Source: an uncultured bacterium (GTDB lineage: Bacteria > Chloroflexota > UBA5177 > JANWHV01). From it: a DNA stretch of 64,000 nt. Position numbers and translations under genes: made by a program. The notes beneath the pieces are model-generated. The model did no database searches. It was not told where the DNA came from and saw only the letters and a list, made by a program, of their open reading frames with translations. This document shows, piece after piece, positions 20,792-29,529 of the stretch (position 1 is its first letter; every line of letters starts with the position of its first letter). Where the stretch lies: assembly GCA_963827235.1 (NCBI GenBank), contig CAWHAE010000016.1, positions 864,001 to 928,000 on the forward strand, written 5' to 3'.

Positions 20792-21688
20792 GTGGAATCA
20801 GCCGTGGCTCTTTCCCCGCACCGGCGACGCCAGCCTGCGGCGCGGCGCGCGGTCGGCGCGATTCTCCGCTACAGCTTCCTGCTCGTCGTCACGGTGCTGT
20901 TCCTCTACCCGCTGTTCTGGATGATCACGTCGTCGTTCAAACCCGGCGATGACATCGCCACTGCACCGCTGAGCCTGGACCTCGGGGCGTGGTCGACCGC
21001 CAATTATGGCGGGGTGCTCTCGGCAGTGCCCCTGGGTATCGGCTTCAAGAACACCGCGATTGTAGTGCTCTGCAAGGGCGCGATGACGCTTTTCTTCTGT
21101 CCACTTGCCGGCTTCGCCTTTGCCAAGTATCGCTTCCGCGGACGAAATGCCCTGTTTACCTTCATGCTTGCGACGATGATGCTGCCGCCCATCATCTTCC
21201 TGATCCCGCTTCTGCTGGAAATGGGAGTGCTCGACTGGGTGAACACCTATCAGGCGCTGATCTTCCCCGGCGCCGTGGGCGCGTTCTATATCTTCTGGAT
21301 GCGCCAGCAGATCGCGGACCTCCCCGATGAGCTGCTCGACGCCGGTCGCATCGATGGCTGCGGCGCATTCGGCCTCTATTGGCGGATCGTGCTGCCCGTG
21401 ATCCGCCCCGCGTTTGCGGCGCTGGCCATCCTGACGTTTCTTGACATCTACAACGACTTCGTCTGGCCGGTGGTCGTGCTCAATACCAACGACATGCAGA
21501 CGCTCCAGGTGATGCTCTCCGAACTGTACACCACGATCAACAATGCCCAGGTGGGCACGACCGGCCAGAACGCCTGGGGTGAGGTGCTCGCCGCCAGCAC
21601 GGTAGCTACCGTGCCGGTGCTCGTACTGTTCGTGTCGCTGCAGCGCTACTTCATCCGTGGCGTGCTGGCCGGCAGCGTGAAAGCCTGA
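20792..21688 (+). CDS. Carbohydrate ABC transporter permease 2
   Basis: GFAFAKYRFRGR, ELLDAGRIDG, YNDFVWP and QRYFIRG. Confidence 0.95.
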   Translation: MESAVALSPHRRRQPAARRAVGAILRYSFLLVVTVLFLYPLFWMITSSFKPGDDIATAPLSLDLGAWSTANYGGVLSAVPLGIGFKNTAIVVLCKGAMTLFFCPLAGFAFAKYRFRGRNALFTFMLATMMLPPIIFLIPLLLEMGVLDWVNTYQALIFPGAVGAFYIFWMRQQIADLPDELLDAGRIDGCGAFGLYWRIVLPVIRPAFAALAILTFLDIYNDFVWPVVVLNTNDMQTLQVMLSELYTTINNAQVGTTGQNAWGEVLAASTVATVPVLVLFVSLQRYFIRGVLAGSVKA

Positions 21689-21736
21689 GGTCCGGCGGCG
21701 TAAGCCTGCATACGGGGAAGGAAAGAAGACGAGTCC

Positions 21737-22948
21737 ATGCTATTCGATTGCCCTCGCCGGCGAATGCGCGCACTGTTGCTTTGCACAGCTCTCCTTCTCA
21801 GCCTCGCGGGGCATGCCGTGGTGGACTGCTCACTTGGTGCACGTGCCGGGGCAGCATCCGCCGGTCAGGAGGTGTACACTCCCGCCGACCCCGGCCAATT
21901 TGCCGGCTACCCGCGCGTGATCCGGCTGGAGCACAATGGCAGCGCCGACGGCGATCTCCTGGCCGCGTTCGACATCTTTACGAGTGGGCACGATAGCATC
22001 CTGCTGTATGCCAGTAAGGACGGTGGCCGAGCCTGGAGCCCCCACGCCCAGCTTGACGAGGCGGCATACGGGGGACGCATGTGTTGTGAGACCCTCTTCG
22101 AGCTGCCGCTGCGTCTGGGCACCCAGCCCGCCGGCACACTCCTGCTCGCCGAGTCGGCCGGCGCCGCGGGTGACATAGGCCACGCAATCCGCATATTTCA
22201 CAGCGTAGACCAGGGACGGCACTGGACGTACTTCAGCACCGCCGCTTCCGGCGCCGGCGGCGTGTGGGAGCCTGAGTTTGCAATCGACCGGGCCGGACAC
22301 CTGGTCTGCTATTTCTCCGACGAGCGTCAGGCCACCTATAGCCAGTTCCTGGGCCAGGTTGCCTCTATCGACGGCGGTCGCACCTGGGGACCGGAGCATG
22401 CCGACGTTGCCGTCCCAGATGGCTTCTCGCGGCCCGGCATGGCCACGGTGGTCCGGCTGCCGTCCGGCAGCTACGTCATGAGCTTCGAAGTCTGCGGTCG
22501 CAGCAACTGCGAGGTCCATGTAAAAACATCTTTCAACGGCGACTCGTGGGGCTCCCCCGCCGACCTGGGACCGCGAGTACAGACCACACGTGGACTCTAC
22601 GCCGGCCATACACCGTATCTGACCTGGACTCCGACCGGCGGCCCACGGGGCACGCTGGTGTTGGCCGCACAGGATCTCTTCACACCCGATGATCTGGAAG
22701 CGCCGCAGAGCCGGGACCTGCTGCTGATCAATCGCCGCGCAGGGATCGGTCCCTGGACACCGATCGCGGCACCCGTGCGCGTCTCCCACGGTGGACCTCA
22801 ATGTGCCAACTATAGCTCCGCGCTCCTGCCCTCGCACTCCGGTTCGGACCTTCTCATGGTCGCCGCCGTGGGCCTGGACGCGGGCGGCTGCGCTATCGAG
22901 GCACGAACCGCGCAACGCGCCTTCATTTCCCCTGGTAGTGCTACCTAG
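21737..22948 (+). CDS. Secreted GH93-like exo-arabinanase / BNR beta-propeller glycosidase
   Basis: Signal peptide. YPRVIRL, Asp-boxes (SKDGGRAW, SVDQGRHW, SIDGGRTW), VWEP, YFSDE, RPGM and MSFEVCG. Confidence 0.7.
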   Translation: MLFDCPRRRMRALLLCTALLLSLAGHAVVDCSLGARAGAASAGQEVYTPADPGQFAGYPRVIRLEHNGSADGDLLAAFDIFTSGHDSILLYASKDGGRAWSPHAQLDEAAYGGRMCCETLFELPLRLGTQPAGTLLLAESAGAAGDIGHAIRIFHSVDQGRHWTYFSTAASGAGGVWEPEFAIDRAGHLVCYFSDERQATYSQFLGQVASIDGGRTWGPEHADVAVPDGFSRPGMATVVRLPSGSYVMSFEVCGRSNCEVHVKTSFNGDSWGSPADLGPRVQTTRGLYAGHTPYLTWTPTGGPRGTLVLAAQDLFTPDDLEAPQSRDLLLINRRAGIGPWTPIAAPVRVSHGGPQCANYSSALLPSHSGSDLLMVAAVGLDAGGCAIEARTAQRAFISPGSAT

Positions 22949-22988
22949 GCGCCCGACCGGGGTCACTGCAGAAAGGATGCCCTCTTTC

Positions 22989-25061
22989 ATGGATACGCAC
23001 CGTGCCTATCCACGGCCGCATTTCGATCGTTCCCACCGCTGGCTCGATCTTCGCGGCACGTGGGATTTCGCGCCCGATCCGCAGAATGGCGGACTCGATG
23101 CCGGGTGGTACCTGCCCGATCATCGGGCATGGCCTGCCAAGATCCAGGTTCCGTTTGCCTGGGAAACACCGCTCTCTGGCATCGGCCAGGAGTGGCTGCC
23201 GATCGGCTGGTACCATCGGCGCATCGAGCGTCCGCGGGACTGGGCGGTGGAGCGCACAGTGCTCCATTTCGGGGCTGCCCACTACTCCTGTGAGGTCTGG
23301 CTGAACGGGCAGCCGATCGGTACCCACGCCGGAGGGTATCTGCCCTTCTCCTTCGATGTCACCGACTCGCTCGAGGGCGGGGCTGGCGACCTCGTCGTGC
23401 GCATCGAGGCACCGCTGGACAAACTCGCCCTTCCACATGGTAAACAGCGCAGCCGTCCTGCGGATGACTATGATGGAGTGTGCTTTACCGCCACCAGCGG
23501 GATCTGGCAGCCGGTCTGGATGGAGGGGCGGCCCGCTTCGTATGTCGACGGGCTTGCCCTGCGCTCCGGTCCGGATCTCGCCAGCATTGAGGCGGACGTC
23601 AGACTGACCGGCCTGCACCTGGGGACCGCAACGCTCGTGTTACAGGTGGCCGGCGAGGCGGATGCGTGCATCATCCCAGTGCAGGGCCGCACGGAGTTGA
23701 GCGTGCGCCTGCCCATTACGGCTCCCCGGCTGTGGTCGCCGCGCGACCCGCATCTATACGACGTGCTGGTGCGGCTGGAGAGTGCGGCGGGCGAGGATCG
23801 GGTCCGCGGTTACACAGGCCTGCGGTCGATCGCGGCGGACGGTTGCCATCTCCTGCTCAATGGCGATCGCCTGTTCGTGCGCGGTGTGCTTGACCAGGGC
23901 TACTGGCACCGGGGCGGCTACACAGCTCCCGATGACGAAGCATTGCGGCGGGATGTGGAGTTGACGCTCGCCGCCGGCTACAACTTGGCGCGCAAGCATA
24001 TCAAGCTGGAGGACCCGCGCTGGCTGTATTGGGCAGATCGGCTTGGCCTGCTGGTCTGGGAAGAACCACCCTGCGTGAGCCGCTATGGAGCGGAGGCTCT
24101 CGTTCGCTTTGAGAGCCAGCTGGCCCCTATGGTCGCGCGGGACGGCAATCACCCCTGCATCGTCCTCTGGGGCATCTACAACGAGGAATGGGGCCTGGAC
24201 TGGCGCAGTGCCGAGGACCCCGAGAAACAGGACGCAGTGATTCGTGCCTACACCCTGCTCCGGTCCGCGGATACCAGCCGTCCTATTATCGATGATTCGG
24301 GCTGGTGGCATGTCAAGACCGATGTGCTCGACTGGCACTACTATGACGACAACCTACGACGGTGGCGCGAACTGACTGCCGCCCTGGCACTCGATGCCGC
24401 CACCTGGTTTGGACACCAGCTCGGACCCGATCACTGGTATGAGACGCAGATGAGTGTGCCTGGCCGGAACCATCGCGACCTTCCGCTGCTAAACGGCGAA
24501 TACGGTGGAGGGTACACTCCCCGCGAGCGGGGCTGGCACCTGCGCTGGCAGACGCAGGAACTGCGCCGCCACGACGCGATCAGCGGCTATATCTATACGG
24601 AACTTTATGACGTGGAGCACGAGCTGTGCGGCGTCTACACGTCCGAGCGTGCGCGCAAGGACCTTGGCTGCGAGCCGGCCGCGGTCAACGCCGAGACGAC
24701 ACTCCTCTTCGACCTCGTGCCGATTCGGCCGGGATGCGATCTAGTGGCACCGGCGGGGACAATTGACGTCAGAGTGCAGATCTCGCACCATGGGCTTGGG
24801 ACGCTTACAGGCACGATGGCCTGGGCATGGGAGGGCGACCGGCGGGATCCTCATGCAAGGCTCCCTGTCACGGTGTTGCCCTTCGTGCTTACGGACCCGA
24901 TAGCGATCCGCTGCACCGTCCCAGAGGCTGCGACCGAGACGCGACTGGCAGTTTGGGTTTGCGACGAAAGCGGTCGGTGCCGTGCGTCAGCGTTCCTGGA
25001 CGTGGTGGGTCTTCCGCCTACGGCGGGCAACCCGGACATGCCTGGGGGAACTGGGAGATAA
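22989..25061 (+). CDS. Glycoside hydrolase family 2
   Basis: YPRP, LHFGA, TSGIWQPVW, LDQGYW, RKHIK, WGIYNEEWG (acid/base) and NGEYGG (nucleophile). Confidence 0.9.
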   Translation: MDTHRAYPRPHFDRSHRWLDLRGTWDFAPDPQNGGLDAGWYLPDHRAWPAKIQVPFAWETPLSGIGQEWLPIGWYHRRIERPRDWAVERTVLHFGAAHYSCEVWLNGQPIGTHAGGYLPFSFDVTDSLEGGAGDLVVRIEAPLDKLALPHGKQRSRPADDYDGVCFTATSGIWQPVWMEGRPASYVDGLALRSGPDLASIEADVRLTGLHLGTATLVLQVAGEADACIIPVQGRTELSVRLPITAPRLWSPRDPHLYDVLVRLESAAGEDRVRGYTGLRSIAADGCHLLLNGDRLFVRGVLDQGYWHRGGYTAPDDEALRRDVELTLAAGYNLARKHIKLEDPRWLYWADRLGLLVWEEPPCVSRYGAEALVRFESQLAPMVARDGNHPCIVLWGIYNEEWGLDWRSAEDPEKQDAVIRAYTLLRSADTSRPIIDDSGWWHVKTDVLDWHYYDDNLRRWRELTAALALDAATWFGHQLGPDHWYETQMSVPGRNHRDLPLLNGEYGGGYTPRERGWHLRWQTQELRRHDAISGYIYTELYDVEHELCGVYTSERARKDLGCEPAAVNAETTLLFDLVPIRPGCDLVAPAGTIDVRVQISHHGLGTLTGTMAWAWEGDRRDPHARLPVTVLPFVLTDPIAIRCTVPEAATETRLAVWVCDESGRCRASAFLDVVGLPPTAGNPDMPGGTGR

Positions 25062-25067
25062 CAACCC

Positions 25068-26534
25068 TTGAGCCCAACCATTACCATCGACCCCACGGCG
25101 ACTATCGGGCGAATCAACCCCAACCTCTTTGGGTACTTCGTGGAACACCTGGGGCGCAGCGTCTATGGTGGCATCTACGAGCCCGGATCACCGCGTGCGG
25201 GTGCAGACGGATTTCGTCTCGACGTGCTTGAGGCCGCCCGAGAGCTTGCCCCCACTACGGTCCGCTATCCAGGGGGTAACTTCGTGTCCGGCTATCACTG
25301 GCGCGACGGGGTGGGACCGCGCGAGAAGCGACCGGTCCGCTCTGAACATGCCTGGAAAGCGGTTGAGTCGAACACGTTTGGTACCCACGAGTTCATGACC
25401 TGGGCGCGGCGTCTTGGCACGGTCCCCTATCTCTGCGTCAACCTGGGTAACGGCACGCCCGAGGAAGCAGCCGGGTGGCTGGAGTACTGCAACGGCACTG
25501 TCGACACGTCCCTGACGAGGCTTCGCGCGGCGAACGGTGCCCGCGAGCCCTTCAATGTGCCAATCTGGGGTCTTGGCAACGAATTGTATGGCTCCTGGCA
25601 GATCGGCTGCAAGAGTGCGGCAGCCTACGCAGAGGTGGCACTGGAAGCGGCACGGCGCATGCGGGAGATTGATCCATCGGTGCAGCTCGTCGCGTGTGGC
25701 TGGGAAAACAGCTCCACCTGGAATGCTACCGTTCTCGACACGCTGGTTCCAGCCGTCGACTATCTCTCCCTGCACCTTTACATAGGTCGTGATGACTATG
25801 CCACTGCCATGGCGCAGCCGTTGCTGCTCGAGCAGTTGAGCCGCTGGCACGCCGGCCTGGCACGCCTCGTCTGCCGTGAACATGGGTTGACCAAGACAAT
25901 CCCTCTGGCCTGGGATGAGTGGAATGTGTGGTTCAGCGAGCAGAGCAGCCCAGTCGCAGGCAAAGAGATCTACACGCTCCGCGACGCGCTGGCGGTTGCC
26001 GGATGCCTCAATGCCCTGCTGCGCTGCGCCGATGTCGTGTCCCTTGCTAACCTGGCGATGTTAGTCAACGTGATCGCCCCTATCTATACGGACACGCAAG
26101 GGCTCTTCCGCCAGACAATCTATTGGCCACTGGCGGTCTATCGCCGGATGGCCGGCTGGCGCTCAATCCGTCCATCGGTCCACTGCGACGGGTACCGAGC
26201 ACAGTACGCGTTCCGCGGCTGGTCGATCGATGAAGAGATTCCCTACCTGGACGTCGCGGCCGCGCTCGCCCCCGATGAACGAACGCTCATGCTCGGCGTA
26301 GTCAACCGTCACGCCGACGCGACAATCGATGCCGAGCTGCTGTTGGGCGACCTACGGCCCACCGCCGCGTGCTTGGCAGAGACGGTCGATGGCCCAGACG
26401 TAGGCTCGTACAACAGCATGGAGCAACCCGACACGGTCGCAGTAACACGCACTACCTGGTCTGCCGGCGCCCACGCACCGCGCTACACCTTTCCGCCGCA
26501 CACGCTGACCATGCTGACCATGCCGCTCGGGTAG
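25068..26534 (+). CDS. abfA: Alpha-L-arabinofuranosidase, GH51
   Basis: FVEHLGR, RYPGGNFVSGYHW, GLGNE (acid/base) and WDEWNVW (nucleophile). Confidence 0.93.
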   Translation: MSPTITIDPTATIGRINPNLFGYFVEHLGRSVYGGIYEPGSPRAGADGFRLDVLEAARELAPTTVRYPGGNFVSGYHWRDGVGPREKRPVRSEHAWKAVESNTFGTHEFMTWARRLGTVPYLCVNLGNGTPEEAAGWLEYCNGTVDTSLTRLRAANGAREPFNVPIWGLGNELYGSWQIGCKSAAAYAEVALEAARRMREIDPSVQLVACGWENSSTWNATVLDTLVPAVDYLSLHLYIGRDDYATAMAQPLLLEQLSRWHAGLARLVCREHGLTKTIPLAWDEWNVWFSEQSSPVAGKEIYTLRDALAVAGCLNALLRCADVVSLANLAMLVNVIAPIYTDTQGLFRQTIYWPLAVYRRMAGWRSIRPSVHCDGYRAQYAFRGWSIDEEIPYLDVAAALAPDERTLMLGVVNRHADATIDAELLLGDLRPTAACLAETVDGPDVGSYNSMEQPDTVAVTRTTWSAGAHAPRYTFPPHTLTMLTMPLG

Positions 26535-26542
26535 ATCAGGTG

Positions 26543-28382
26543 GGGCGGACCTGAGATATGTGATCTCCTGTAGGCAGAGATCACGCGAAGCGCTTCTGGC
26601 AAACCGGCACGCGTCCCCAGTAGCCTTTGCCTTTGCCCCAGGGTTTGCCGTCCGCCTGGATGCGGCTGCGGCACTGGGGTGCGGTCGGCGAGGGGAGGGA
26701 CTCGTCTGGTGGCGTCGCTGTGGTTGGCACGGCGGGGCTGGCCGGTGGCGTGTGGGGAGTCTGGGTCGCGGCACGGGGCGGGGGTGCTGCCGCTGCCTGG
26801 GCCAGCGCGAGAGCGCGACAGAGCGGGCGCGACTGCCAGAGGGCGAACCAGCGGCCCGGCGAACGGTGCAAGGCGCGCAGGTTGGCCAGGGCATGGGCCC
26901 CGGGCTGTGTCCAGCGCATGCCTGCTTGCACGGCGCGCGCCTGGATGAGGTTCTTGACAGTACCCTCGATAGCCCCCGAGCCGATCGGGAGCAGGCGTGC
27001 GCGGAAGGCCGGGTAGTCCGCCCGCTGGGCATGGTCCGCCAGGTAGGCGCGGGTCAGCCGCAGGACCTTCGCCGCGGTGTGCTTGCGGGGGTGCAGTCGG
27101 TCCAACGCCGCCAGCACGGGGGCGACCCCTTGGTGGCGCAAGGCGTGGCACTGCTTGTCCAGCCACAGCTGGCCCACGTCACTCTCAGCGCCATAGATGG
27201 CGACGGCCACCTGCGCCAGGTGCTGGCTGGCATGGTAGAAGTCCAGGATTTCGATCACCTCCACGCCCGGCAAGCCCAACTGGCAGCGCGCCTGGTGCCA
27301 GATCCACTCGGCGCCGTCCGCCAGCACCACCACGCGCTTGAGGTGCCGGCCCAATCCCGCCCGCACCGCCTCGCGCACCAGCCGCGGCCAGAAGTCGTCG
27401 CAGGATTCCACACCCGCGCAGTAGCACGACGGTCCCAGGGCCAGATAGCGGTCGCCGCTGTCCGGGTCTGCCAGCAAGGTGGGTCCCGGCGGGGCCACCC
27501 GGCCCGCCTTCAGTTCGCTCCAGGCGCGGCGCAGGTGCACCATCCCCCCATCCAGCTCCACCACCAGCGTGTCCACGTCCGCCGGCGGCGCGGTCACCGG
27601 CACCGGCGACGCCGCCGCCTGGTCCGCATCGACTAGGTGGCCCAGCTGCTCGGTCACGCGCCGGAGCACCTCCTCGTCCACCTGCACCCCCAAATGCTCC
27701 TCCAGCAGACTGGCGCCATAGCCGAAGGGCGCCTCCAGCCCGTCCCGCGCCGCCACTCGCGCCAGCCCCGGCGTCAGCATCCCGCGGTCCAAGCCCCACA
27801 CCGCGTCCGCCGGCGCCTGCCCGACTCCGCAGGCCGCACAGTGAAAGTAGGGCCGCTGCAGCTGCACGTCCCCCACCAGCCCCACCAGCTGCCGCGCCCG
27901 CAGCCCCACCCGCCGCATCGGCTGGCCGCACCCGGCACACGGCGGGGCCACCGTCGGCACCTCGGCCGCCGCCCACGCCGCCAGGTCGCCCACCAGCAGC
28001 CCCCCGACCCGCCGTAAGAGCGCCTGCACCCGCACCTCGATGTTGCCCAGATCCGTGCCGCGTGCTTGCGCGTACAACGACCCCAGCCCCTCGTGCAGGA
28101 TCTGTCCCACTTCCGCCACCACCGCAGCCATGCGTTCGCTACGATCCACTACGTACCCTCGCCTAGGCACGGCTGTTGTGTTTGATTGCTTGGCCGTGCA
28201 AGCGTCGAGGGTACCTTATCGTCGCCCTCCGCTGCGCAGATCGCTGCCATCCGCAGCGCCCCACCGCGTGCGCCAGACACCACCTGCCGCCAAGCAGCCT
28301 GCGCTGGCCCCATCCACCGGCCTCCCCGTGCCCTCCCGGCTTCGCCCTTTCTCCCAGTTGATCACATCTTCCAGGTCCGCCC
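26543..28382 (-). mobile_element. Insertion sequence, ISKra4/ISLre2-type (prokaryotic Mutator-like), 1,840 bp
   Basis: Terminal inverted repeats GGGCGGACCTGAGATATGTGATC (26543-26565) and the reverse complement GGGCGGACCTGGAAGATGTGATC (28360-28382), 20/23 identical. Flanked by the direct repeat AGATCAGGTG at 26533-26542 and 28383-28392. Confidence 0.92.
26581..28170 (-). CDS. ISKra4/ISLre2-type DDE transposase (start may be ATG 28131)
   Basis: CxxC...CxxC Zn ribbon. VELDGG (D), LADGAEWIW (D), LDFYHA (DxxH) and IGSGAIEG (E). Confidence 0.9.
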   Translation of the reverse strand: MPRRGYVVDRSERMAAVVAEVGQILHEGLGSLYAQARGTDLGNIEVRVQALLRRVGGLLVGDLAAWAAAEVPTVAPPCAGCGQPMRRVGLRARQLVGLVGDVQLQRPYFHCAACGVGQAPADAVWGLDRGMLTPGLARVAARDGLEAPFGYGASLLEEHLGVQVDEEVLRRVTEQLGHLVDADQAAASPVPVTAPPADVDTLVVELDGGMVHLRRAWSELKAGRVAPPGPTLLADPDSGDRYLALGPSCYCAGVESCDDFWPRLVREAVRAGLGRHLKRVVVLADGAEWIWHQARCQLGLPGVEVIEILDFYHASQHLAQVAVAIYGAESDVGQLWLDKQCHALRHQGVAPVLAALDRLHPRKHTAAKVLRLTRAYLADHAQRADYPAFRARLLPIGSGAIEGTVKNLIQARAVQAGMRWTQPGAHALANLRALHRSPGRWFALWQSRPLCRALALAQAAAAPPPRAATQTPHTPPASPAVPTTATPPDESLPSPTAPQCRSRIQADGKPWGKGKGYWGRVPVCQKRFA

Positions 28383-28461
28383 AGATCAGGTGCCACGCTT
28401 GCCGCTGCCTGTGGGCTCAGCTACGCTATGCATGGTGGTACGTCGCCAGAGCGGTACCGGG

Positions 28462-29064
28462 ATGACACTCGAGCTGCATACCGAACGCCTGCGGCTGCGT
28501 CGCTTCACGCAAAGCGACGCCGAAAACCTCGTCATTCTGGACGCCGATCCCGAGGTGATGCGATTTCTGACAGGAGGCACGCCCACACCTCGTGCCGTTA
28601 TCGTCAACGAGATCCTGCCCAGGTTCCTGGACGCCTCCGCGTGCACGGCGGGATTTGGCTACTGGGCGGCAATCGAGCGGGCCACCAGCGCTTTCCTTGG
28701 TTGGTTCGCTCTGCGGCCGCGAGACGGTGATACTCCGGTCGAGGCACACCTTGGCTACCGGCTGCGCCGTGACGCGTGGGGCCAGGGCTACGCCACCGAA
28801 GGGACGAGGGCGCTGATCGCCAAGGGCTTCGACGAGCTTGGCGTGCACCGGGTGCTTGCCACGACCTACCAGGACAATCATGCCTCTCGCCGCGTGCTGG
28901 AGAAAGCCGGACTGACCCTGGTGCGGAGCTTTCGCTTCACCACTGCGGACCTCCTGGCCGCGGGCACCTTCCAGGTCGCGTCTGCCGAGATATGGGACGG
29001 GGAAGAGCTCGAGTATGCGCTGGAAAAGGCGGACTGGGGGAGGCAGCACCACGCGCCGCCGTAG
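28462..29064 (+). CDS. RimJ/RimL-type GNAT acetyltransferase
   Basis: TERLRLR, LGYRLRRDAWGQGYATE and NHASRRVLEKAG. Confidence 0.9.
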   Translation: MTLELHTERLRLRRFTQSDAENLVILDADPEVMRFLTGGTPTPRAVIVNEILPRFLDASACTAGFGYWAAIERATSAFLGWFALRPRDGDTPVEAHLGYRLRRDAWGQGYATEGTRALIAKGFDELGVHRVLATTYQDNHASRRVLEKAGLTLVRSFRFTTADLLAAGTFQVASAEIWDGEELEYALEKADWGRQHHAPP

Positions 29065-29529
29065 ATCCGTCGTCTGAACGCCCGGAGGATCTCCTGGACA
29101 TTCGCCCGATACCTGTGTGCGGTGAGCCGCTATCTTGACGCGGACCTCCCTGGTGCGACCGAACGATTCCCAGCTAAGCTGTTGAAGTGGCCGCGCCAGT
29201 GAGCAGAGCTCAAGCGACGAGTACGGAGGCGACGCCGGCCAGAGAACGTGCATGAGATTTCTGCCTGGGCCTGCCTTCGATGGAGATACTCGCCTGCGAG
29301 ACGTGGACCGCGCCGAGCGACGTCATAGTGGGGGCTTTCGCGCTCGTGCGCACCTGTTGACCACAACGGCCGGCCTGAAGACAGGTTAGCTGTCGTATAC
29401 TTCACCCGAGCCCGATCGAATTGCACAATGCGCTCATGGCGCGCTCCGAAAACTACAAGAGAGAAGGAGCGCGTCGCCGCACGCGATCTCGATTCAGGGC
29501 AGGCCCGTGGGCACCAAGGAGGTGTAGCG

